This document shows positions 1 to 9,239 of a stretch of 64,000 nucleotides of DNA, piece by piece. Numbering within the stretch: the first letter of the stretch is position 1; every line of letters begins with the position of its first letter. The translations under genes were made by a program, and so were the position numbers. Below the pieces are notes generated by a model. The model saw only the letters and a program-made list of their open reading frames with translations. It did no database searches and was not told where the DNA came from. Origin of the DNA: an uncultured bacterium (GTDB lineage Bacteria; Krumholzibacteriota; Krumholzibacteriia; Krumholzibacteriales; Krumholzibacteriaceae); assembly GCA_963786935.1 (NCBI GenBank), contig CAWBAN010000004.1, positions 256,001-320,000 on the forward strand, in the 5' to 3' direction.

Positions 1-237
1 ATCGGGCTCGGAAAGTTCGTCGTCGCGTGGTTCGGCGTCACGTGCCCCCAGGAGATCGATCTCTACGACAACGGCGTCAAGATCGTCCCCGCGGGGCTCG
101 AGTGCTCGCCGTGTTGGAAGCGCGAGTGTCCGTTCGGCCTCGAGTGCATCGCCTCGGTCGATCTCGGCGCGATCGCGGGACATCTCGAGCGGTTCGCGGC
201 GGGCCGCCGCGGCGCATCCGGGCGCGGCCGTCTCTGA
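1..237 (+). CDS. Glycosyltransferase family 9 (heptosyltransferase-like), C-terminal fragment truncated by the window edge
   Basis: Frame 1 reads IGLGKFVVAWFGVTCPQEIDLY...LECSPCWKRECPFGLECIASVD to TGA at 235-237. The CxPCxxxxCP...C motif is typical of GT9 C-termini, and another GT9 gene follows. Confidence 0.75.
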   Translation: MGLGKFVVAWFGVTCPQEIDLYDNGVKIVPAGLECSPCWKRECPFGLECIASVDLGAIAGHLERFAAGRRGASGRGRL

Positions 238-258
238 AACGGAACGGGAAGGGGGCTC

Positions 259-1290
259 ATGCCGATGGAGAACATTCTAATCGTCCGCACCGACCGGCTC
301 GGGGACGTGCTTCTCACGACGCCCGTCTCGACGGCCCTGCGCGCGCGGTTTCCCCGGGCGCAGCTGTCGTGGCTCGTGAGCCCCTATACGGCGCCGCTTC
401 TCGAACACAATCCCGACGTCGACCGGGTTTTCCTCGACCAGGGGCAGCCGCCGCGCGTCCTCGCCGAAGCGTTTCGCGGCGAGCGCTTCGACGCGGCGAT
501 CGTCGCGTTCCCGCGGTGGCGGACGATCGCGGCGCTGTGGCTCGCGCGGGTTCCCGCGCGCGTCGGCCCGGCGAACAAAGCGTACTGCGTTCTCCTGAAC
601 AGGCGCGTCCGGCAGCGCCGCTCGCGCGGGGGGAAGCACGAGGCGGACTGCAACCTCGAGCTCCTCGAGCCGCTCGGCGTCCCGTTCAAGCGATATCCGA
701 CGAGGTATGTCGCGACCGCCGCGGAGCGGGAAACGGCCCGCCTCGTTCTCGAGGCGAAGGGGATCTCCGGCGGCGCGCCGCTCGCCGTTCTCCATCCGGG
801 CTCCGGCGGCTCCTCGACGCGATGGCCGCTCGGGCATTTCACGGAGCTGGCGGACCGGCTCATGGCGGACGGGTGCGGCGTCGTCGTGACCGCGGGGCCG
901 GGGGAGGATCACGCGGGCGCGATGGCCCCGGGGCTCCGCCGTTCCCCCGTGTTCATCGCCGGCGGCAGCCTCGGCATCCGGGAGACGGCCGCGATCCTTT
1001 CCCGCGCCGATCTCGTCGTGACCAATTCCACGGGCCCGCTGCACCTCGCCGTCGCGCTCGGCGTGCGCACGGTGTCGATCTACTCTCCGCTCCCGACGCG
1101 CCACCCGTCGCGCTGGGGACCCTATCCGGCGTACGTCGAGAATGACGATACGCATCGCGTCCTCCTCGCGCCGCTTCGCGGCTCGGGCCGCGCCGCGGGC
1201 GAGGACATGGGAGCGGTCGTCGTGGACGAGGTGTGGCGCCAGTGCAGGGCGCAGCTCGCGGCCGCAGCCGCCCGTCCCGGTTCCGCGTGA
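259..1290 (+). CDS. Glycosyltransferase family 9, LPS heptosyltransferase (RfaF/RfaQ-like)
   Basis: Motifs ILIVRTDRLGDVLLTTP, LHPGSGGSSTRWP and NSTGPLHLAVALG. Confidence 0.9.
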   Translation: MPMENILIVRTDRLGDVLLTTPVSTALRARFPRAQLSWLVSPYTAPLLEHNPDVDRVFLDQGQPPRVLAEAFRGERFDAAIVAFPRWRTIAALWLARVPARVGPANKAYCVLLNRRVRQRRSRGGKHEADCNLELLEPLGVPFKRYPTRYVATAAERETARLVLEAKGISGGAPLAVLHPGSGGSSTRWPLGHFTELADRLMADGCGVVVTAGPGEDHAGAMAPGLRRSPVFIAGGSLGIRETAAILSRADLVVTNSTGPLHLAVALGVRTVSIYSPLPTRHPSRWGPYPAYVENDDTHRVLLAPLRGSGRAAGEDMGAVVVDEVWRQCRAQLAAAAARPGSA

Positions 1291-1328
1291 AGAGCCGCTC
1301 GTCCCGCGGCGTCATACGCATGAATTGA

Positions 1329-2792
1329 TTATTCGCTCCGCAGGGCTTCGACCGGATCGACGGCCGCCGCCCTCGACGCCGGATAGTACCCCGCCGCGAC
1401 GCTCACCCCGATCCCGATGCCGAGCGCGATGAGAACGAGCCACGGCGGCATGGCGAAGAGCTCGATCGCCTCGGCCCCCTGGCGCGCCATGATCGTCCGG
1501 GCGACGAGCGACGCCGCGCGGCTGATGATCCAACCGAAGAGGATGCCGAGCGCCGATCCGGCGGCCCCGATGACTCCCGACTCGACGAGGAAGAGGAGCT
1601 TGATGTCCCGCTCGTCGGCGCCGAGCGATTTGAGAATGCCGATCTCCCTCCGGCGCTCGAGAATCGACATGACCATCGTGTTGACGATGCCGAGCGAGGC
1701 GGTGGCGAGCGCGATGAGGCCCACGATTCCGAGAATCAGCTTGAAATAGAAGAAGAACCGCTGCATCTCCTCGAACTGCTCGGCGAAGCTGAAGCTCCTG
1801 AAGCCGAGCGCTTTTACCGAGTCGCTCACGCTCTTGAACGTGACGGCGGGGTCCAGATCGAGCGTCACCCGGGGATAGGATCGCGACGACGCCGCGCCGG
1901 TGAGCGTGAATACGCCGCCGGAGCCGAGCGCGGCGAAGAGATCCGTGGGGTTGTCGCTCAGCCCCGACGATCGCAGGCGGGACGCCGTCGCGACGGGGAC
2001 GACGATCGGCTCGAGCCGCGCCCTTCCGTCGCCCTCGGGCAATACGCCGGCGATGACGAGGGTGTCCAGCACGGTGACGCGGTGATTGAAGAACCCGTCG
2101 ATGAATCGCGAAATCCCCTCGTCGGCGAGCTCCCGCATGCGGGCGTACGCGTAGCGCTTGACGAGAATCGAATCGCGATCGAGCGAGCGGAGCTTGTCCC
2201 GGACGTACCGCTGCGGATCGCGCGGGACGAGCCACGCGAGCCCGCTGTCGATCGTCGCGGCCCGCACCGACAGCACGAACGATTTCCCCACCGCCGAGTC
2301 GGGCCCGGCGATGCCGAACGGCTCGAGGAACGCCGTCGTGACGACGGCCTGCTTCGCGCTGTCCGATTCGAACGCGCGCCCGGCGAGGAAACGGGAGAAG
2401 AGCTTCGTCGAGATCGCCGAGGAGGGGAGCGCCTGCGCCTTGAGGAAGGAGGACGAATCCCCCATGGCGACCGACACCGGGATCGCGTCGAAGGGATAGG
2501 CGAGCCGCACGCCGGGAATCCGCGAGAGCTCGGCGAGGGCCTCCGCGTCGAGCGTCCGGATCGCGGTCGTATCCGACGGAGCGGTGCGGGTCAGCGGATA
2601 GACCTGCATCGTGGTGAAGAGCCCGAGCCGCTCGTACTGCTCGGACATATACTTCTGGTTGCCCGCGCCGAAGGAGACCATCGACACGAACGCGGCGATC
2701 GCGATGACGACGCCCGAGACGGTGAGGGAGGTGCGGAGCCTCATGCGCCGCAGGTTACCCGCCGAGATCGAGATGAAGTCGCGGAGGATCAT
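1329..2792 (-). CDS. ABC transporter permease, MacB/FtsX family
   Basis: Start moved to MILRDFISISAGNLRRMRLRTSLT (ATG overlaps the ATPase stop). C-terminal motifs GIVNTMVMSILERRREIGILKSLGA and YYPASRAAAVDPVEALRSE. Confidence 0.92.
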   Translation of the reverse strand: MILRDFISISAGNLRRMRLRTSLTVSGVVIAIAAFVSMVSFGAGNQKYMSEQYERLGLFTTMQVYPLTRTAPSDTTAIRTLDAEALAELSRIPGVRLAYPFDAIPVSVAMGDSSSFLKAQALPSSAISTKLFSRFLAGRAFESDSAKQAVVTTAFLEPFGIAGPDSAVGKSFVLSVRAATIDSGLAWLVPRDPQRYVRDKLRSLDRDSILVKRYAYARMRELADEGISRFIDGFFNHRVTVLDTLVIAGVLPEGDGRARLEPIVVPVATASRLRSSGLSDNPTDLFAALGSGGVFTLTGAASSRSYPRVTLDLDPAVTFKSVSDSVKALGFRSFSFAEQFEEMQRFFFYFKLILGIVGLIALATASLGIVNTMVMSILERRREIGILKSLGADERDIKLLFLVESGVIGAAGSALGILFGWIISRAASLVARTIMARQGAEAIELFAMPPWLVLIALGIGIGVSVAAGYYPASRAAAVDPVEALRSE

Positions 2793-3496
2793 CGCCGCGC
2801 CTCCCCCGGGGGGCCGGCCTCCGCCTCGATGCGCCCGTAATGCATCCGCACGATCCGCCCGGCGCTGCGCCTCGCGATTTCGACGTCGTGCGTGACCATG
2901 ACGATCGTGAGGCCTCCGGCGTTGAGACCGGCGAGGAGCGCCACGATCTGGTCGGCGTTCCCGTGGTCGAGATTCCCCGTCGGCTCGTCGGCGAGGAGCA
3001 GCTCGGGGCCCTTGACGAGCGCGCGGGCGAGCGCGACCCGCTGCTGCTCGCCGCCGGAGAGATCGGCGGGCCGGTGATCCATCCGGTCGGCGAGCCCGAG
3101 CCGCTCGAGCATCGCGGCCGCCCGCGCCCGGCGCTCGCGCACCGGGCAACCGTTGAAGTAGAGGGCCAGCTCGACGTTCTCGAGCGCGCTCCGATGATTG
3201 ACGAGGTTGAAAGACTGGAACATCATGCCGATCCGCTGCGCGCGGTACGCGGAGAGCGCCCGGCGCGAAAGGGAATCGAGCCGGACGCCCCTGAACTCGA
3301 TGCCGCCCGACGTGGGCGTATCGAGCCCGGCGATCAGGTTGAGCAGGGTCGACTTGCCCGAGCCGGACGCTCCGATGATCGCGAGGGACTCGCCGGCCCC
3401 CACGCGGATGTCGACGCCGTCGACGGCGCGCACCTCCTGCGGTCCGCGGCGGTACCAGCGGCAGAGCCGTTCGGTTCGGACGATCGTGTCGCTCAT
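2789..3496 (-). CDS. ABC transporter ATP-binding protein (LolD/MacB-like)
   Basis: Walker A GASGSGKST, signature LSGGEQQRV, Walker B LLLADEPTGNLD, H-loop VTHD. Confidence 0.95.
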   Translation of the reverse strand: MSDTIVRTERLCRWYRRGPQEVRAVDGVDIRVGAGESLAIIGASGSGKSTLLNLIAGLDTPTSGGIEFRGVRLDSLSRRALSAYRAQRIGMMFQSFNLVNHRSALENVELALYFNGCPVRERRARAAAMLERLGLADRMDHRPADLSGGEQQRVALARALVKGPELLLADEPTGNLDHGNADQIVALLAGLNAGGLTIVMVTHDVEIARRSAGRIVRMHYGRIEAEAGPPGEARR

Positions 3497-3520
3497 CGGG
3501 CGCCGGTCCTTCCCGGGCAG

Positions 3521-3558
3521 AAAAAGGGCCGGGCGCCGTTCATCGCGAGCGCCCGGCC
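3521..3558 (-). terminator. Rho-independent terminator after ompA
   Basis: Stem GGCCGGGCGC/GCGCCCGGCC followed on the minus strand by a T run (AAAAA at 3521-3525 on plus). Confidence 0.65.
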
Positions 3559-3581
3559 TCGTCGATTCACTTCGGATGGAA

Positions 3582-4250
3582 TCAGCCGGCGGTCTTATCC
3601 TCGGCCGCCTTCTTGAGCTTGTCGTTCGCCATGATGGCGATCTCGACCCGCCGGTTCATCTGCTTTCCTTCGGCCGTATCGTTGCCCGCGACGGGCTGCG
3701 ATTCGCCGTACCCCATCGTCGTGAAGCGCGCCGGAGCGACCGCGAGCCCGGCGAGATAGTTCGACACGGAGGACGCGCGGTTCCGCGAGAGCTCGAGGTT
3801 GTGCTCCTCGGTGCCGTCCGAGTCGGTGTGTCCCTCGATGAGGATGTTCGTGTCGGCGTATTTGTTGAGGATGGTGGCCAGCTTCGTGAGGTTCGCCTGC
3901 GCCTCGGGACGCAGCGCGGCCTTGTTGACGTCGAAGAGAATGCCCGAATCGAACGTGATTTTGATGCCCTCGCCGACACGCTCGATCTTCGCTCCCTCGA
4001 GGTCTTTCTGCATCTCCTCGGCCTGCTTGTCCATGTAGTTGCCGATGTACGCGCCGGCCGCGCCGCCGACCGCGCCGCCGATGATCGCGCCCGCCGCCGT
4101 GTTGCCGGTTTGGTGGCCGATGATCCCGCCGACGGCGGCTCCCGCCATGGTGCCGATGGCCGCGCCCTCGGCGGTCTTGCTCATACCGCAGGATTCATGG
4201 ACCCCCGCGATCATGACGGTCAACAGGAGGAAAACAACGATGTTTCTCAT
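3582..4250 (-). CDS. OmpA-family protein with glycine zipper (YiaD-like, probable lipoprotein)
   Basis: GAAIG...GAAVGG zipper; ILFDVNKA, IEGHTDSDG, LSRNRA, GYGESQP and NRRVEI. Start chosen at MRNIVVFLLL. Confidence 0.92.
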   Translation of the reverse strand: MRNIVVFLLLTVMIAGVHESCGMSKTAEGAAIGTMAGAAVGGIIGHQTGNTAAGAIIGGAVGGAAGAYIGNYMDKQAEEMQKDLEGAKIERVGEGIKITFDSGILFDVNKAALRPEAQANLTKLATILNKYADTNILIEGHTDSDGTEEHNLELSRNRASSVSNYLAGLAVAPARFTTMGYGESQPVAGNDTAEGKQMNRRVEIAIMANDKLKKAAEDKTAG

Positions 4251-4313
4251 TTCGCGCCTCCCTTGTTCAATGAATCGACTCGAAGCCATAATTAAACGAC
4301 GCGGCGTTTCTCG

Positions 4314-5504
4314 TCAAGGCGAATCCGCCCGCAGCCGTGCGACGTTCCGCCAAACGGCGACGACGGCGTAGCTCGCGACAATGATCATGAACGGCTCGAG
4401 CGGCAGGCGGTATCGCAACGAGGATACGAACGCCAGATTGGCCGCGGTCGTGTGGAGAACGAGCAGATAGATGTAGATCAGCTCCCGCCGCAGGGGCCAC
4501 GAGAGGACGAGCCCGAGGAGGAAGAGCGCGAGCACCGGCGCGAAGCTGATCACGCTCGCGAGCACCGTGAGCCTCGAGGCGTAGGCGGGATTGTCCGTGT
4601 TCAGCCGCACGTTCCAGAGGCGCTTGAACTTGCTCCACCAGAGTGCGGGCATCCTCCCGGGATTCGCCCGGATCGCGGCGATCGCCTCATGCCGCAGGAA
4701 GCGGTCCTTCTCCGTTTCTCCCATGCCCCTCGTATCGGGGAAGGGGAGTGCGCCGCCGGGGCCGCCCGTCGGGTTGTGCGGGTTGTTCCCTTCGTAGAAG
4801 GTGTATCCGCTCATCGTCGTGAGCGGGACGAATTCGCCGAAGACGCGATAATTTCGAATCATCCAGGGGGCGAGCACGGCGAGGGCGATCGCCGCCGTGA
4901 CGAGCGAGCGCCTGATCGCGTCTTTCGCCGGCATGACGATGAACATCCCCGCGAGCGAGACAATGAGGAAGACGATGAGCTCGGACCGGCAGAGAATCCC
5001 GAGGCCGAAAACGAATCCCGCCCACGCGAACCGTTTGCCGGACAGCGAGAGCATGATGAGCGACAGCAGGAAGATGAAGAGCGTCTCGGTCAAAACGGCG
5101 CCGCTGTAATAGATGAAGAACGGGTATATCGCGCAGGCGGCGAGCGCGATTTTCGCCGCGGCGGTCCCGAACAGCCGCTTCCCGAGCAGATAGACGATCA
5201 GGCAGGTGGCGGCGGAGAGGAAGGCCTGGACGATCCGCACCGCGAGCAGGTTCTCCCTGCCGAAAACGGCGTAGACGAGCGAGAGGAACAGGCTGTAGGC
5301 GGGAGGCCGCAGCGCCTTCGCTCCCTCGTCGAGTATCATGCCGTTTCCCTCGAGAATATTCAGCGCGATGCCGTTCCATTGCCGGGAGTCCGGGAAATAG
5401 AGCTCGTGCCGGTCGAGGGATATTCCCCAGGCGATGCGCAGGGCGAAGGCGGCGATCACCGCCGCGAGAACGAACTTTTCCTTGCCTATGCTCCGGATGT
5501 TCAT
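4314..5504 (-). CDS. GT-C fold membrane glycosyltransferase (ArnT/PMT_2, family 39-like)
   Basis: Multi-TM protein with FPDS, RPPAYSLFL, LTETLF, PWMIRNY and RYRLPLEP motifs. Confidence 0.82.
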   Translation of the reverse strand: MNIRSIGKEKFVLAAVIAAFALRIAWGISLDRHELYFPDSRQWNGIALNILEGNGMILDEGAKALRPPAYSLFLSLVYAVFGRENLLAVRIVQAFLSAATCLIVYLLGKRLFGTAAAKIALAACAIYPFFIYYSGAVLTETLFIFLLSLIMLSLSGKRFAWAGFVFGLGILCRSELIVFLIVSLAGMFIVMPAKDAIRRSLVTAAIALAVLAPWMIRNYRVFGEFVPLTTMSGYTFYEGNNPHNPTGGPGGALPFPDTRGMGETEKDRFLRHEAIAAIRANPGRMPALWWSKFKRLWNVRLNTDNPAYASRLTVLASVISFAPVLALFLLGLVLSWPLRRELIYIYLLVLHTTAANLAFVSSLRYRLPLEPFMIIVASYAVVAVWRNVARLRADSP

Positions 5505-5511
5505 TATCACG

Positions 5512-5540
5512 GTAGTATGCGAATTCCGATTCACTGTCAA
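5512..5540 (-). promoter_or_regulatory. Sigma70-type promoter, probably leaderless
   Basis: TTGACA-N17-TACTAC on the minus strand; the -10 box ends 7 nt before the ATG at 5504. Confidence 0.5.
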
Positions 5541-5581
5541 GATGTTCGCGTGAAACGATTCCGTGGACGGGGAAACGCCGG

Positions 5582-6676
5582 ATGAAGCTCGCGTTGGTCG
5601 GCATATCGGGCTCGGGGCGCACGACGCTCTTCAACAGCCTCACGGGGCATAGCGCCGCGACGGCGGGCTACGGGGCGTCCGAGGCGAAGCCGAACGTGGC
5701 GATCATCAAGGTTCCCGACCGCCGCGTCGACGAGCTCGTGCGGATTTTCAAGCCGAAGAAGAACACGCACGCGAAGATCCAGTACATGGATTACGTGGGG
5801 CTCACCCGCGGGGACGCCGCGCAGAACGCGAAGGTGATCAAGTTCATCAAGGATTCCGACGCGCTCGTGTACGTCCTGCGCGGCTTCGACGACGACGGCG
5901 TGGCGCACCCGCTCGGCGGCGTCGATCCGGTCCGCGACTTCGACACGCTCGAAGCGGAGCTCGTGCTCTTCGATCTCGACCTCGCCGAGAAGCGCCTGAT
6001 CAACATGGACGAGTCCGCGCGGAAGGGGCACCCGCCGAAAAAAGAGGAGCGCGCCGCCGTCCTCAAGTGCAAAGAAGCTCTCGAGCGCGAGATGCCGCTG
6101 CGCCATCTCGAGTTCGACGAGACGGAGACGAGGGCGCTCAAGCATCTCGAGCTCATCTCGAGATTGCCCGTGATGACGGTGATCAACGCCGGCGAATCGG
6201 ATCTCGAGAGCGCGAGGAGCGCCGCGTGGCGCGACGCGATTCGGAGCAAGATGGCGCGCTTCGATGCGAATCCCCGGGCGCCGATCGTGCTTTCGGGCAA
6301 GATCGAGATGGAGATCGCGCGGCTGCCCGCCGAGGACGCGGCGGACTTCCTCGCCGATCTCGGCGTCGAGATCCCGGCGCGCGAGCGCATGATCAGGGAA
6401 TCCTACGATCTCCTCGGGCTCATCTCGTTCCTGACCGTCGGAGAGGACGAGGTGCGCGCCTGGACCGTCCCGAGGGGGATCGAGGCGCAGGCGGCCGCCG
6501 GCAAGATCCACAGCGACCTCGAACGCGGCTTCATCCGCGCCGAGGTGATCTCATTCGACGATTTCCTGGAGGCGGGAAGCCTCGCCGCCGCGCGCGCGAA
6601 GGGGCTGCTGCGCCTCGAGGGCAAGACGTACGTCGTCCAGGACGGCGACATCATCGATTTCAGGTTCAGCGTATGA
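5582..6676 (+). CDS. ychF: YchF/Obg-family ATPase (DUF933 C-terminus), divergent P-loop
   Basis: VPDRRVDEL, ISFLTVGEDEVRAWT, AAGKIHSDLERGFIRAEV and LRLEGKTYVVQDGDII. Confidence 0.88.
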   Translation: MKLALVGISGSGRTTLFNSLTGHSAATAGYGASEAKPNVAIIKVPDRRVDELVRIFKPKKNTHAKIQYMDYVGLTRGDAAQNAKVIKFIKDSDALVYVLRGFDDDGVAHPLGGVDPVRDFDTLEAELVLFDLDLAEKRLINMDESARKGHPPKKEERAAVLKCKEALEREMPLRHLEFDETETRALKHLELISRLPVMTVINAGESDLESARSAAWRDAIRSKMARFDANPRAPIVLSGKIEMEIARLPAEDAADFLADLGVEIPARERMIRESYDLLGLISFLTVGEDEVRAWTVPRGIEAQAAAGKIHSDLERGFIRAEVISFDDFLEAGSLAAARAKGLLRLEGKTYVVQDGDIIDFRFSV

Positions 6677-8277
6677 AGGCGATCACGCCAGTACGAATTC
6701 TCTTCGCCGGCCTCGCCCTGTTTCTGATCGCCGCCCTCTTCGTCATCGACGATTACGGGATGAACAAGGACAGCCAGAAGAACTTCGGCGAAGGGAGGAT
6801 GCATCTCAACTACCTCCTGACGGGGAGCGTGGATCGCGGCCTTTTGCAGTGGCAGATGCACGGCGCGTACGTCTTCATCGCCGCCGACGCCGCGAAGCGC
6901 CTGCTGCACGACCGTCTCGGCCTCCTCGACGCCACGGCTGCCCGCCACGTGATCCTGCCCGTGATGACCGCCGTGTTCCTCGCGTGCCTGTTCTTCTTCG
7001 CCAAGCGGCAGTGGAGCCCGCTCCACGGGCTCGCGGCGGCGGGGGTTCTCCTGAGCTTCCCGTACTACTGGGGGCACACGTTCAACAACCTGAAGGATGT
7101 GCCGCTCCTCATCTTCTTCTCGCTCTCGATCATGTGCTTCGTCGAGTGGACCCGCGCGCGGAGGGCGAAGTTCTTCTGGGGCTTCTTCGTCCTGCTGGGG
7201 CTCGCGTTCGCCGTCAAGACGTACGCGCTTTTCGCCGTGCTGATCCTCCTGCTCTGGGGGCTCGTCCGGCCGCGCCCGCGGGGGCGGCGCGCCGATGTCC
7301 CGCGCCCCCCCGCGCGGAGCGCGCGTCTTCCCCGGGCGCGTTCGATACTCAAGGCGCTCGGCGGCGCCGGCGTCACGGCTGCGGTCGTGCTCGTTCTCTA
7401 CGCGCCGGCGTTCTGGGGCGTCGACGACAAGATGTCATTCCTCGAGGCGTGGCGCGCGCACGTGAAGGAGATCACGTTCGGGGCGAAAAGCTCCTTCAGC
7501 CTGAATCCGTTCGTGCAGGCCCTGTTCAGAACGCCGCTGCTCGTCCTCATATTCGCGCTCGCCGGTCTGGCCGCGGCAGTGAGGAGATGGCGCGAAGATT
7601 CCCTGAACAGCCTCCTCGTCCTGTGGCTGCTCGTGCCCCTCGCCATCTCGTGCCTTCCCCGGACGCTCGTCTATCACGACGGCATGCGGCATTTCATGGT
7701 GTTTCTCGTGCCGCTCTGCCTCTTGGCCGCGATCGGCATCGGAGAATGCGCCGGCTTCGTCGCGCGGAGAACGCGGAGGCGCGCGGAGCCGCTTTTCGCG
7801 GCAGCCGCCGCGGCGACGATCGGCGTGAGCCTCTGGGGCGTCGTGAGCACGCACCCGTATCAGGTGACGTTTTTCAACGCGCTCGCCGGCGGGCTGAAGG
7901 GAGCGCAGGAAAAGGGGATCCCGGACGCGTGCGATTACTGGTTGAACTCCTACCGCGAGGCCGGGCGGTGGATCGAACGCAACGGAGCGCCCCACGCCCG
8001 CGTCATCGGGATGTACGTATCCGGGACGCTGCCGTATTTCCACACGGACCTCGTGAAGGACGCCGTGCGGAGGCCGGACCTCACGGCGCTCCGCTATCCC
8101 GCCGTCCCCGTCCGCGCGGGACGCATCGCGATTCCCCCCAACACGTACGTCATCGTCGTTCCGTTCGAATATCTGGGCCCGAGCCGCCGCGCGATGGAGC
8201 AATCGGGAGAGTTTCGCGCGGTGCACACGATCGCGCGGCAGGGCGGGGAGATCTGCACGATCTACTACAAGCCATAG
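6673..8277 (+). CDS. GT-C fold membrane glycosyltransferase (family 39/ArnT-like)
   Basis: Start MKAITPVRIL overlaps the ychF stop (ATGA). Multi-TM, with FNNLKDVP, YHDGMRHF, HPYQVTFFN and DYWLNSYRE motifs. Confidence 0.78.
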   Translation: MKAITPVRILFAGLALFLIAALFVIDDYGMNKDSQKNFGEGRMHLNYLLTGSVDRGLLQWQMHGAYVFIAADAAKRLLHDRLGLLDATAARHVILPVMTAVFLACLFFFAKRQWSPLHGLAAAGVLLSFPYYWGHTFNNLKDVPLLIFFSLSIMCFVEWTRARRAKFFWGFFVLLGLAFAVKTYALFAVLILLLWGLVRPRPRGRRADVPRPPARSARLPRARSILKALGGAGVTAAVVLVLYAPAFWGVDDKMSFLEAWRAHVKEITFGAKSSFSLNPFVQALFRTPLLVLIFALAGLAAAVRRWREDSLNSLLVLWLLVPLAISCLPRTLVYHDGMRHFMVFLVPLCLLAAIGIGECAGFVARRTRRRAEPLFAAAAAATIGVSLWGVVSTHPYQVTFFNALAGGLKGAQEKGIPDACDYWLNSYREAGRWIERNGAPHARVIGMYVSGTLPYFHTDLVKDAVRRPDLTALRYPAVPVRAGRIAIPPNTYVIVVPFEYLGPSRRAMEQSGEFRAVHTIARQGGEICTIYYKP

Positions 8278-8419
8278 CGCGGCCGCCCGCAGGATGCGCT
8301 TGTCTCGGCGGCGAACGCCGTGATACAGTATCCCCGGGCCTCGAGCGGCGAGGTCCGCGGTTCGACGCAGCAGTAATATCTATCTCGCGCGCGGCGATCT
8401 CGGGATCGGGGGTGAAGCG

Positions 8420-9232
8420 TTGAACGTCCGGTTTGCCGGGAAATCGATTCAGGGGAAACGGGACTACAACCAGGACCGGATCTTCTACCGGGCCGAGAAC
8501 GGCTGCTTCATGGCCGCCGTGGCCGACGGCATGGGGGGGTATTCGGGAGGGGAGATCGCGAGCCAGATCGTCGTAGATCTCTGCGAGCGGAAGTTCGATG
8601 AGTTCGCGGCTTCGCCGAAGCCAGAGGCCATCGAGGGCGTTCTGCTCGACATCGTCAACGCGTCGCGCGAGGGGATCCGTGCGAAAGCGGCGGAGAGCGC
8701 GGAGCTCGCGGGCATGGGAACCACGCTGACGATCGCGGCGGGCTGTTCCGGCGAATACGTCATCGGCAACATCGGCGACAGCAGGACCTACCTGATATCG
8801 GGCTCCGGCATCGAGCAGTTGACGCGGGACAACTCCTTCGTGCAGGAGTACCGGAGCAAGTATCCGGCGGGCGAGATCGACGAGTCCGTGCTGCGGAACA
8901 TGAGCAACGCGCTCACGCGCTCGCTCTCGAGCACCGACTACGAGGCGGATATCTATCCCGGCGGGAACCGGAGGTTCACCCTCGAGAAGGGGACCGTCCT
9001 CCTCCTGTGCTCCGACGGGCTCATCATCGACAAGGTGGGGGACGTGAGCGCGCAGCTGCTGCGGCTCGTGCGGGGGGCGGGATCGCCGGCCAAGGCCGCG
9101 AACGCCTTGATCGACTGGGCGTACGTGAACGGATCCACGGACAACATCTCCGTGATTCTCGCGTTCGAGGGGGAATGGCCGATGCGGAAGGGGTGGCCCC
9201 TCCTCGGCGCGCTGCGCAGGATCACCGGATGA
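8420..9232 (+). CDS. PP2C-family Ser/Thr phosphatase (PppA/Stp-like)
   Basis: GKRDYNQD, VADGMGG, GMGTTL, NIGDSRTY, LLCSDGL and GSTDNISV. TTG start. Confidence 0.93.
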   Translation: MNVRFAGKSIQGKRDYNQDRIFYRAENGCFMAAVADGMGGYSGGEIASQIVVDLCERKFDEFAASPKPEAIEGVLLDIVNASREGIRAKAAESAELAGMGTTLTIAAGCSGEYVIGNIGDSRTYLISGSGIEQLTRDNSFVQEYRSKYPAGEIDESVLRNMSNALTRSLSSTDYEADIYPGGNRRFTLEKGTVLLLCSDGLIIDKVGDVSAQLLRLVRGAGSPAKAANALIDWAYVNGSTDNISVILAFEGEWPMRKGWPLLGALRRITG

Positions 9233-9239
9233 CGGCGCG

